From: Eledone cirrhosa
Taxonomy: Eukaryota
NCBI GenBank assembly: GCA_964016885.1
Contig: OZ024750.1
Location: forward strand, 19,654,001 to 19,718,000
DNA: 64,000 nt
Direction: 5' to 3'
How positions within the stretch are numbered: position 1 is the first letter of the stretch; each line of letters opens with the position of its first letter. The notes beneath the pieces are model-generated. The model ran no database searches. It had not been told where the DNA came from and saw nothing but the letters and a program-made list of their open reading frames with translations. Position numbers and translations under genes: made by a program. Of the stretch, positions 17,556-29,822 are shown piece after piece.

Positions 17556-17746
17556 GGCGGTGGATATTGGCAGTATAGATACAGGACGGGACGCCATGCT
17601 TTTCAGCATAGAGTTACGCCCGTTTACGGTCTGAGTTCAAATTCCGCCGTGGTTAACTTTGCGTTATATACTTACGGGGTCGATAAAATAAAGTATCAGT
17701 AATGCTGGAATAAATACTGGCCTTGTGCCGAAGGTAGAAACAATTA
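17556..17746 (+). mobile_element. SINE S1, third of the triplet
   Basis: S1 head, core and tail. Confidence 0.85.
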
Positions 17747-17952
17747 CGTGATTAGGGGAACAAATGTTGAACTATACAGAGGAATAGTTGAAAGTATTGA
17801 CATTTCAAACTTCATATATTTTACAGGGAATGCTTCTAATTATCTAATTAAAAAGAGAAACGGTAGTTATACACGGCATAGCTTTACCATACATTTTTCA
17901 TGTATATGGTGTCTTATATCATACATATTCATTATAAATACATGCATATATA

Positions 17953-18001
<49 letters not shown>

Positions 18002-18006
18002 ATATG

Positions 18007-18080
<74 letters not shown>

Positions 18081-18102
18081 TATATATATATATATATATA
18101 TA

Positions 18103-18285
18103 CGTAGGTCCCGGGTTGAGTCGGGAATAACCACAGTAAGTAAGGTACTCAATACATGGCAGAGTAAACATTTTTTATTTCATAGAAGGAGCTTCTACAG
18201 GACGAGTACTGTTTCATTCAGATGAAATGCTTCCTGAAGATTTCATCTGAATGAAACAGTACTAGTCCTGTAGAAGCTCCTTCTA
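18103..18285. mobile_element. Family C TA-flanked foldback element
   Basis: Arms tagaaggagcttctacaggac..atgaaat and atttcat..gtcctgtagaagctccttcta. Homologous to 28389, 38393 and 59868. Confidence 0.85.
18229..18277 (+). ncRNA. Type I hammerhead ribozyme (family C)
   Basis: gcttc-CTGAAGA-t ttca tc tgaa t-GAAA-cag tactagtc ctg-TA-gaagc. Confidence 0.85.
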
Positions 18286-18678
18286 TATATATATATATAT
18301 ATATACATTCATATATATGTATATATACGCATGAAAACACATACACGCACAAGATGGCGAACACATAGACGCAAAAACACACACTCGTGCATACGTTACT
18401 TACAGCTAACTACACACCACGTCAGAGCAGGCAGCCACTCAACTTATGTTGACCGAGCAAACGTAATTACCTGTCAGTTGACTTTTGTGTTATTGATGCC
18501 AGTGAATCTGCAATGGGGAACTATACAAGATAACTGAATAATTTGCATGCTACAAGGGGACCATGAGACAAAAAACGAAAAAGCAATATATACATATATA
18601 TGTGTGTGTGTGTATGTGTGTGTGTGTGAACGTATATATATATGTGTGTATGTGATTGTGTATATATATATATGTATG

Positions 18679-18768
<90 letters not shown>

Positions 18769-18892
18769 CATATATACATATATGTCTATATATATATGTG
18801 TATATGTAAATATACGTATATATATATATGTGTGCGTGTGTCTGTGTGTTTGTGTGAACGTATATATATATATATGTGTGTATATGATTGTG

Positions 18893-18923
<31 letters not shown>

Positions 18924-19330
18924 GTATATATATACATATATATGTCTATATATATATATATAAATATATGTATATATATATATATGTGCGTGTGTGTGTG
19001 TGTATGTGTTTGTCTTGGATGCATGTATGTGTATGTGTGTGTTTGAGGGTAGATATATACAAAAAAATAAAAACGAAACATAAATCTAAATAGGAAATAA
19101 AGAACATTTTTAAAAAATCCACCAGATAGTTCTGGTGGATGTGCGAAGATTGTAAAATACATTTAGGGTAATTCCGAATGCATTTTGAATTTGAATGGTA
19201 CCAAGCAAACGACAAATCACGAATCAAAATGGAAGTACGAAAGGAGCACAAAGAAAAACGAGAAATATATGAAGTAAAAGTAATAAACGTAAGACGTAAT
19301 TAAGTGAAGTTGGAAAGGAAATATAAAGGA

Positions 19331-19375
<45 letters not shown>

Positions 19376-19436
19376 TATATATGTATATATATATAAATAC
19401 ATTCACTCACACGCACATATATATATATTTACATAT

Positions 19437-19513
<77 letters not shown>

Positions 19514-20332
19514 TGTGTGTGTATGTAGGTATATATATATATATATATATATGAAAAAAGTAGTAGCAACTGGATGAAAGATATCCTGGGAATAGGGGAT
19601 GAATTTGAAGAACAATTATTCTTATTGCGTAAACTGTCAGCACATGTGTACCATATACATATATATATACATACCTTCATATATACGTAAAAACACACAC
19701 ATTACATACACAGACACTCCCTCTCACACACACACATAGAGACACTCACTCACACACACACACACATATATATACATATATATATAAATATATTATCTTT
19801 GCAAAAAATTTAAGACACCTTGGAGAAAAGTTTAAATTTATGTATTATTACCACATATTGTATTACTCGCTTTCTTATATTTGCATATCATTTGTGTTGG
19901 CTTAAATCTATTGCTTATTTCTCATCAGTTAAATGCTCTTAACACAGATGTTTTCAAGTACAACGGCAGAGCGTTTGCTGTAGGTTATTATTCTTATTAT
20001 CTTTATAAAATGAGCAAAATAATCTTCATTTCCTGACTTTGAAAGAGACCAAAGTTTATCTCTATATGACATAGATCACTCAGAGCGTGAGGTGTCTGTT
20101 ATAATGCATTGTAGTAATGTAACAGTCCTTAAGGCTAATAAAATATTCTGGCAAGAAGAACAGTGGTTTTCGTAGATAAATTAGAATGTTATGGCTTCCA
20201 TCTACAATAACCCAACATTCTTCACCGTCACACTTAGCTAATTTTGGCCACTCTATCTCATGCAGAACTAAGTCCACCATTCCGATCCCTATGGTCAGAG
20301 TAGCTACTGTCAGCAATGTATTATCTATAGTG

Positions 20333-20514
20333 AATTGGTAGTATCGCTAGAGGGTTGGGCACCATTCTTTCTAGCATAGTTACGTCCCTTTACAGTGTGA
20401 GTTCAAATCCCGTCGAGGTTAACTTTGCGTTTCATCCTTAAGGGGTCGATAAAATAAAGTACCAGTAATGTACTAGCTAATTGCTGGCCTTGTACCAAAC
20501 GTAGACACAATTAT
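20333..20514 (+). mobile_element. SINE S1
   Basis: S1 head, core and tail. Confidence 0.85.
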
Positions 20515-21081
20515 CCATAAAACAGGGTGGATGTCTTCAAAATACTAGCCAAATATATATAGTGTTTTGGCAACATATATATATATATTTAGACTTGGGG
20601 AGGATCATATTATTATAATATTGCCAGAAATAATAACAGACAACACTCACTGTTTGATTTTCGCTTTTGTATCTTTTATATCTTCATATTAATTCATTTG
20701 GCAATCAATGATTATCATTGATTGACCAACGGTTAAAAATACAGATAACCTAATATATTCCTTCCATATACTTGACCGATAGTGTTGTTATTTCTGTTTA
20801 CCTTTTACAGAAATATATTTAAAAATATATTTGAAAATATATTTGAAAATATATTTGAAAATGCAACTGTAGTCTGTGGGAAAAACCATGTGGGAAAAAC
20901 CATCCCAACTCTACTTTTGAAAAGCAGAAGAACTGCGAAACCGGTAAAGGAACCAAATAAATATATATATATTTAAAAAAATAAGACTCCAGTTGCATTT
21001 TCGATTTCATCTTTTTTCCTTATACTTTCACTCGTATAGGACACCTCGGTTATTTTTTATTTTGTAAAAAAACCTCACTTA

Positions 21082-21155
<74 letters not shown>

Positions 21156-22318
21156 TTATAAATGTACTCATGAATATGAATATATATATTACACAACAAT
21201 ATTTGAAGCATTAGATTTTCTTTAGTAGTTCATTTTTACTTTGATCTATGTAAGTTATTCTGTGCAAACATTCCCTGAATATATATGTCTATATTCAAGG
21301 CTTTTTCAAATACATGCTGAATATATTTAATAATCCGTCAATTCAGACAGTTGGCATTGTTTGCATTTTGCTTTTGTTCATTTTCTACTTAAAATATATT
21401 TAAAATTTACAAACTACGAACTAAACCGCCAGATGTCCTCACTAAGTTAACTCATTCTCACTGCATACTTATGTCCCTTTATATAATAATTTCTGTCATA
21501 TACAAATAATAAGGTGTTAAAAAAAAAAAAAAAATTACCCATCGCGACTTCGCTGGGATATTTAACACGCGTAGAAATTATTCACGACAAAATTATGAGC
21601 AAATATTACATTTATTGTATTATATGTATATTCCATTCTGCTTCTCGTAAGACTTTTAATGTTGTTTCTATAAATTACGAACGTTATAGCATTCCGAAAA
21701 AAAAATCTGTGTCACACCAACCCAGTCGATTCTCCTTTTTCATAAAATTCCTCAAATATATGTTCCTCGTGTATATCTATTATTTAAAGTCAGATGGAAA
21801 TATAGAAACAATTTCTAAAAATGATTGTGATGATGATGATGAAACAACAACAACAATAACAACAATAACAATAACCATAATTATAATAATAATAACAAAA
21901 ATAATACTAAAATTAACAACATAAAATATAGCTAAAAAATTTGCAAACGGGTACATTTACAAAAATAATAAAAGGAAAGAAATATTTCTCTCATTTAAAA
22001 TGCACCAAGGGAAATATATGTACCCCCCCCCCCCCATATATATATATATATGAATATATATGTGTGTGTGAATTTAGGAATACAAAACCGAAAGAAATCA
22101 ACAATTAATAGCCATCGGCAGATATTCAAATGATGAAACTAAAACAAACACATTTCTAACGAAAGAAGTTACACGCACATATATATATATATATATATAT
22201 ATAAATACACACGCACACAGATACACATACACGCACATACATATATATATACATACAAATAAATATATATACACAGATATTTATACAGAAAAACACACAA
22301 GCCTATCTCTCTCTCTCA

Positions 22319-22379
<61 letters not shown>

Positions 22380-22414
22380 CACACAGACAAACACACACAC
22401 ACACACAAACACAT

Positions 22415-22466
<52 letters not shown>

Positions 22467-22921
22467 TGAGAGAGAGAGAGAAAGAATTAAAATATAAAAA
22501 CATATACCCAAATTATATTTATCTAGAGCTTGCATCCATTTTAAACTTCGTGAATATATTTAAAATAACGGCATTATACAAACAATTTGTTTGCGAACAT
22601 CTATGCGTTCGTGTTTAAACATTCATAAGTGATCCTGAAAGAAACTGGCAAAGCCCAATTTCGTTAATCGTTTTCTATTTTATATGTAAGTTTACGTATT
22701 CCAGATATGGGTATTTAATTGTTCATTCTGAACAAAGTACTGTCTTCAAAATATTCATATCCATATTATATACATTCATAATATCTTCCTTACTTGCATA
22801 TTTGTTTAAATATTTCGTTCTACTTTTTACTATGTATTTCATAGTATTGTTTTTTTCTGAATAGAATCAATCTTAGCAATTTCGGATATAAACTTACATA
22901 CAGGCATACATACACGCACAG

Positions 22922-23023
<102 letters not shown>

Positions 23024-23186
23024 TATATATATAAATAATATATATATATACATATATATATATATACGTGTGTCAGTGTGTGTGTGTGTGGGGGGGGGGT
23101 ATGCGTATGTCTACCTCTTCCCTTATTATATATGTATATATATTTATATGTATATATATCTATATATCTATATTTATCTATCTATC

Positions 23187-23234
<48 letters not shown>

Positions 23235-23621
23235 TGCCTAATTGTATTAGAAATCAATGAATGTTGTTCTTATACAAAGAGGTGGAAACTGTTAACTAGG
23301 ATTTCACTTGAAAGAACAAATAAATACGAATGCATAAACTATTTTCGTATCTGTTATTGCTATATAATAAAATAAAAAATAATCACTTTATTATTTACAT
23401 TGTTAACAGGTTTGCCTCAACATAGCATGGTCTCAGTACAATTTATCCTCCTTTCGTCTTTAATGCAGGCATGTATTTTTGCTATTGAATCTTGCAACCA
23501 CCCACATATATCACTTTCACCCTTAAGATCCCGTTAAGGGTGAAAGCAGCGATTCTTTGCTTAAACTTTTATCTGTTATTTTAATAAATATTTGATGTAG
23601 AGTTCTTATATATTGTTATAC

Positions 23622-23875
23622 TTTAGGAGGGTCATGTTGCCAATAAGAAACACACGCACCAGTTGCTTTTACTTCAATTTATTATGATAAATTTATAAAT
23701 TTAGGAATTTATAAATTTCCGTTGGTTGGTTGGTTCCACAACCAGATGGTTGTTTATATATTGTCAAAGTCCTTTCGTCACACATTCTGTGACCTCTTCA
23801 GTGACTGGGGATTCTTTTCTTTGTTTTTTGTGCCTCTCATTTGTTCTGTCCTACGCCATCTTGTTTTTGTGTGTC
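23622..23875 (-). mobile_element. Family E/F element (HHR plus tail), homologous to 58555-58870
   Basis: ggagggtcatgttgc.aataagaaacacacgcaccagttgcttt and tattgtcaaag..tttcgt are shared with the copy at 58.6-58.9 kb. Confidence 0.75.
23763..23805 (-). ncRNA. Minimal type I hammerhead ribozyme (family F)
   Basis: Minus strand: gtca-CTGAAGA-g gtcaca gaatg tgtgac-GAAA-ggac-TT-tgac. Confidence 0.8.
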
Positions 23876-23933
23876 TTATATATTTGTTTTATATGTATCC
23901 CTATCGAGCCCTCTTTGGACTTTAGTCTTCACA

Positions 23934-24021
23934 TTTCATCTTTATCGGGTCGATAAAATAAGGTACCAGTAATGTACCGGATAATTGCTGGCCTTGTTCC
24001 TAAAGTAGAAACAATTATTAC
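23934..24021 (+). mobile_element. SINE S1 3' half
   Basis: gggtcgataaaataaggtaccagtaatg..agtagaaacaattatt. Confidence 0.8.
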
Positions 24022-24040
24022 TATATGTATATGTATGCAT

Positions 24041-24085
<45 letters not shown>

Positions 24086-24087
<2 letters not shown>

Positions 24088-24504
24088 AACCAGTAAGACC
24101 CCGACAGCTGAGCTCAAGCCGTTTCGACGGCTAATTCTGGACTAAATGAACATTTATCCTGGTATTTAAATAGCCGATCTTCTCAAGGGGTAATTCCATA
24201 TATGGTCAAAGTGATTGTCAAAAATCAGTAGTAATTCTGTGGTTGCAAATTAGTAGGGGAGATGGTGGCTAAACCTGCCAGTAGGAGAAAGAGGGGAGGG
24301 GGTGGAGTAGACCCAATCAAGCGTTGGTAGTGCCAGCTACAGCTGGGCATGAGGTCAAAGAAGATACAGGGGAGGGGGAGGGGGAGGAAGTCGGAACGGT
24401 AGGTAGAACAATGGGGGGTAAAAATAGGAAAGAAAAAATACTGAGAGTGAAGAAAAGCAAATAAGTGTAAAGAAAAAATTAAATTCTACGACCTAGGTGT
24501 CAGG
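24086..24504 (-). mobile_element. Family G element, the longest copy, keeping sequence upstream of its HHR
   Basis: TA-flanked. 24086-24142 is the reverse complement of the G block at 56119-56175. Confidence 0.7.
24098..24191 (-). ncRNA. Type I hammerhead ribozyme with a U3-A8 core variant (family G)
   Basis: Minus strand: acccc-TTGAGAA-gatcggcta...tagccgtc-GAAA-cggc ttgagctca gctg-TC-ggggt. Confidence 0.78.
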
Positions 24505-24741
24505 CTATATATATGTGTGTGTGTGTATGTGTATGTATGTATATATAAAGATATGTAAGATCTCGACCTGACAAGCCGAAACAACTTGGTGCCGCGATAC
24601 GTATTTCACATCTCCTTCTCTACAAGGTACACAACTTCCCGCGGTTACTTCTCCCACACTACCACGCACACACATGCTCACATACATGCAAACACACACA
24701 TGTATGTATGTATTTATATGTTTGTATATTTTCATGTATAT

Positions 24742-24789
<48 letters not shown>

Positions 24790-24793
24790 CCAC

Positions 24794-24847
<54 letters not shown>

Positions 24848-24850
<3 letters not shown>

Positions 24851-25040
24851 ATATAAGATCAAAAGATGGTTAAAAGAGTTCCATGTATTTTATTATGCGC
24901 ATTTCAAAAACAAATATCATCATGCAATAACATTTACGTTTTCGTCAGATAAAATAGGGAGATATGATATGAAGGTTAAAACACACTTGTGAATAGTGCA
25001 GTTTTAATTCAACAGTTTCAAATCAACAATTTTAAATCAA
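24848..25040 (-). mobile_element. Family D element
   Basis: Near-identical to 59231-59395 and 41880-41985; abuts a TA run. Confidence 0.85.
24886..24956 (-). ncRNA. Type I hammerhead ribozyme with palindromic minimal stem III (family D)
   Basis: Minus strand: tattttat-CTGACGA-aaacgtaaatgtt..gatatttgttttt-GAAA-tgcgca-TA-ataaaata. Confidence 0.87.
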
Positions 25041-25493
25041 CAATGCATCATCAAACCCCGCCCCAATACAGATTTTGAAACCATATTCATGACCTGGGTC
25101 ATGAAAATAAATTCTGAGAAAAATATAACACAAACACAACTATTTTTCTTACAATAAACCATGTATAGCTGTACACATTCATATATTTATTCATCCATCT
25201 ATATGCTGTTTTTCCCCTTCTCTCCTCTTTCTTTTTTCATCCTTTGCACATATTTCTCTTTCACGTTCACCTTTTTATGCTTTCCTCTAATATTTCATTA
25301 CGGAGTCACCTTCCTGATTATTCATCATACCGCAATATCAAACTATAACGACATCCACAGAGAGATACTTTTGAAAAAAGCTGAACCAAAATAGATTTAG
25401 TTTTTCATTTGCTATTGAGATAGAACAATCTGAAGCGTACCACAGATAATCTTTTTACACACACACAAACACACTCATATATACATATATATA

Positions 25494-25600
<107 letters not shown>

Positions 25601-26391
25601 CCTCTGAATGGAAGGTGGTCTAATCTAGATGAATGCTTTCTGGCTTATGTCACAACAATCCATATCTAGGAACATTTTCTGGTGAATATTATTGGATCAG
25701 GCATTAAAAGTTGTATGGAAATATAGAATCATGTTATTAAACAGAGCTTTGTTCTATCTGCGAAATGACATGACATTCAAGGACACTTGATATGGTAAAG
25801 CGTCGTAATGGCGCCTTTTCTACATACTATTTTAAACCACATAGGGGCAATGCCTATTTAAGTCGGAATACAATTATTTTTTGTGGCTGCGAGAGAATTG
25901 AAGGATTAATCCTAATAGCGGACTACTATCTTATGAGGCAAATTTAACACCCGCGGCATTTGATATTGGCGCCGATAGTCTGCACGAATGGCTGACACCA
26001 TTCTGACTGATGTTGTCCCAATTCACCACCTATTAGCGTGAAAAATAATTAGAATAGAAATTATTATAGCATGTTTCTTCACTTTTTCACTTGAAGATCT
26101 ACATTTAAAAGAAGTAGATTTCCTTTTATAGCTTTGAGAGGTAAATTATTCAAACACATCTGGAATAACAACACGATACATTGCCCACCTTGTTTCATAA
26201 AGGCAAAGACAAATCATTGATCGTTATATCGTATTAATGAAACGATGTTTTGATTAGAATTTTTTGCCGTTTAACACATCTGACAGAAGGGTCAACGCGT
26301 TTTGGGTGAAAGAACAAAGGCATGTAACAGATCCAACCGATAAATCTGTCGGACTCTTCAACTAGTCTGCCAATCCAATGCTGCCTCTTGT

Positions 26392-26520
26392 CTAGTACCT
26401 TATATATCAACTCCCAAAAGTATGAGATATATATATGTGACCTCGGCGAGATTTGAACATAGAGCCTAAGTGCCGGAACAAATACCGATTCATTTAATCC
26501 GATATCCTAAAGACTCTACA
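26392..26520 (-). mobile_element. Diverged SINE S1-like copy
   Basis: tgacctcggcgagatttgaac and weak core similarity. Confidence 0.55.
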
Positions 26521-28263
26521 ATCTTTCATATGCAGAGATTGTTTAGTAGGTCCAAGGAAAAACGTATTAAATTTTGACTGAAACGTATCTATGACTAGGG
26601 GAATGATTAAGGTATTCGTATAGCAACCTATAGTCTGCTACACGGCCAACTAGAAACTGATAGGATATTTCTAGTGCTCCATTTTGTGAACTATTTTATA
26701 TAATATATTGCGCAGTAAAGGCTTCGAAATCATGAAGTCCAGCATTTGCTCGTACTGCATGGGATAAATACGAATTGTCCTCGCCAATTGGTTTCGCCGT
26801 ACAATACATTACAGAATCTGATTTGGGCACAACCACCATATTTTATTGTTATCCACACACCGTAGAAACAGGTCCTTGTTTCAATTTAGCAGACTGCAGC
26901 ATAAAGTATGAATTAAACTTTTCTTCACATTCGACAGGACAAGAATGTGCGAAAAAATACATTCTTTGGATCATGGATCAATACTTTTGAGTCGGAAGCA
27001 TCTTTCATTGTATGGTAATGTTCCAGAATAATCTGTTTCTGACATCGTCAGATCTTGTGTATGAAGGATCCAAATATTTCAATTTTGAGCAATAATCTAC
27101 TTTGTTGAATTTTAGAGAGTTTTATGTACCGCACGAACTATCATAAATCTTTGGAGATATTATAGATATGCGATCTTTATATCATTTCATGATCAAATGA
27201 CAAGATATGTATTCATTACAGATAGAGAAAATTGTAAAACCAAATAATATGTTAAAACTTTAATAGAGTTCACATGGATATCAGATATAAAAACAGCTTT
27301 ACCATCAAACTGTTCTAATTACAATACCATGTCATGAGATCAAACATCTGCGATAGGTGATTCTTTCTACAACAACCTGTACTTGCCTGAACAAATCCAT
27401 TAATAGAAGAGCAGCGTTGATAGTATATAGAGTAACAACAGTAAAATAAAAACGAATATCATACCAATTTGTGTTATGAAATCAGCAAATAACTGAGCAG
27501 CTGCTTGTTAAAATCCATTCATGATTTTCTGACGTAGGTTAACGTCAAATCATGAACAGAGTTGTTAGTGCTGCATCAAGATGAGAATATCTATAGAATG
27601 CAGAATATATGCATATAATGCCAAGCTATAAAATTCCTCAACTGGCAATAAATCCGTTGTACTATGCCCGTATATATTGATATATCAAAGATAGATGCAT
27701 AGGCATATATATATATTTGCTTGTTGCACATTCTATAATATGAATTAAAACAGATGCTGTATCCCGCCCAAAGTTACGAACTATTCATCCATTCTTTTAT
27801 TTATTCAGAGAGTGTTGAATAATAGAACGGTGTTAGTTAGGTATGTATTGCATTTACAATATTCGTCTAATATATTACGATAGTATCAGTTATACAATCA
27901 GACGCTTTTTCGATATTACGTCGTCCTCTGGTGAAGAATTTTATTATTTCTGTTTACGTTGTTGAAACGTTTCTTAGTTTCCAATATTATGAAGACCCCA
28001 TGGCACAGCTATACGTCTACCGTTGCCAAACATTTCAATCTACCTAAAGAGATAAGGACAAAAGTCAATACATTACTTGCTTAAATGGAAATATGTTATC
28101 ACGAGAAACGAAAAGGAAATTATAAGTTTTCTTTCCGAAAGAAATAATTAACTTCTAAGTCTGTGATAAGATTATTTACAATTTTTCTCTCTGAGCCTAT
28201 GCCAAATCTAGTTCTTACTATAAAGATTTCAGGAGGCAATTTTGTATATAGTCTTGAAAATTG

Positions 28264-28297
<34 letters not shown>

Positions 28298-28324
28298 TAT
28301 ATATACATATATATGCACACACAC

Positions 28325-28392
<68 letters not shown>

Positions 28393-28403
28393 TTAATATA
28401 GAT

Positions 28404-28456
28404 GAGATTCTACAGGACTAGAACTGTTTCATTCATTAGAAATCATCAGGAATCTC
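28404..28456 (-). ncRNA. Type I hammerhead ribozyme (family C) making up most of a ~70-bp insert between TA runs
   Basis: Minus strand: gagattc-CTGATGA-t ttc taat gaa t-GAAA-cag ttctagtc ctg-TA-gaatctc. Confidence 0.88.
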
Positions 28457-28477
28457 TCTATATATATATATATAAAT

Positions 28478-28508
<31 letters not shown>

Positions 28509-28519
28509 AACGTAGAAAC

Positions 28520-28550
<31 letters not shown>

Positions 28551-28689
28551 CAAACATACGTATATACATACGTACATACATACACATACATACATATACA
28601 TACATACATATACATACATACATACTTACATACGTACATACGTACATAATGGCCGTCATATCGTTAGACGAGTAAGACAATCATATCTC

Positions 28690-29400
28690 TATTAGTGTCT
28701 GTGAGCCTTGCAGTGGCTTTATATCTTGCTAGGCATACTATACATTGCAATTTACTCCTTTCATTATCGACTCCGCAGTCTGATCCGGTCAACGAATATA
28801 TATTTTAACGCCATATATTTCCTGATTTATTTCTGATTTTTGTGCCACATGTATCACACGTTAGATTAGTAGCAGGGAATTGGTCATATTTGATCCGAAG
28901 CATTTCTGCCTGCGTAAGTAGGTGGTGACCTATAAGTGTAGCTTTTGGCAGCCTTATTTGGCAACATAAGATGCATAAAAGCTGAGGCATAGATGTCTTC
29001 ATATTCTTAGGTGTACGTTGAATGTTAATCCATTCCGAAGCAGATTCCTGAAAATGTCTTACCTCATTAGATATAGCAGTCCGCCATTTGTTTCTATCTA
29101 ATACCTGTACTTCCCAGTGTTATAGATCAATTTTGTATTGTGTTAAGGAATCTTTTACACAGCACTTGAATTGTAGTTTTGGTTTGTGTTGTGTTCTTGC
29201 ACCAGCTATTAACTTGCCATAACTGGCTTGCTTTAGGATTCTGCTGTCCCCAGATCTAGAAACATGGCGTAACCATTCGACTGCAATGCCTGTGGATGTG
29301 ATACTCTCTGTTGAAGGCTCCTGCATTTGTTAATATTTCAATGTCCTCTGTGTATGTAGTCGAGTGAACCTCGAGAATGTTAGGCCGGCAACGTTGGTGA
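28690..29400 (-). pseudogene. Degraded RTE/BovB-like LINE 3' end
   Basis: WLRHVSRSGDSRILKQASYGKL..G.R...KPKLQFKCCVKDSL resembles the RTE C-terminus (WAGHV.RM.D.R.PKQ..YGEL..G.R). A downstream CDTCG is zinc-knuckle-like. Confidence 0.7.
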
Positions 29401-29469
29401 AACTTTCAAGAAGTTTAATATGCATGCGATAAACAGACGAGGTCTTGCTTTAGAGTAACGAAGTCGTTT

Positions 29470-29586
29470 CCTCCTCCTCCTCCTCCTCCTCCTCATCCTC
29501 ATCCTCATCCTCCTCCTCCTCCTCCTTCCCCTCCTCCCCCTCCTCCCCCTCCTCCCCCTCCTCCTCCTCCTCAACATCATCGTCAG

Positions 29587-29619
<33 letters not shown>

Positions 29620-29757
29620 TTTCTTCCTTCTCCTCTCCCTTCCTTTTTTCACGTCCCCTTATTGCTCGTCATCCCCCCTCCCCCACTTATTCTTCCCCTC
29701 CTCCTTCCCCCTCCTCCTCCTAACCCTCTTTTCACCCCCTTCCCTTCATCCTTCTCG

Positions 29758-29822
<65 letters not shown>
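29470..29822. repeat. Compound (CCT)n/(CAT)n/pyrimidine-rich/(TAC)n tract
   Basis: Direct reading. Confidence 0.95.

Larger units (their letters stand above)
23513..23936 (+). mobile_element. Family B element split by a nested family E/F element
   Basis: B 5' part at 23513-23620, B 3' part (ccctatcgagccctctttggactttagtcttcacattt) at about 23890-23936. Confidence 0.7.

Noticed and set aside
26775-26990. Non-repetitive short ORFs (also 35258-35705, 36163-36537 and 63299-63490) as possible host exons
   Set aside because: No recognisable domain and no supported splice structure.
27022-27056. Minus-strand CTGACGA-tgtca-GAAA-cag..ctg hammerhead-like string
   Set aside because: No UH cleavage site, no stem I and no adjacent TA tract, so probably chance.
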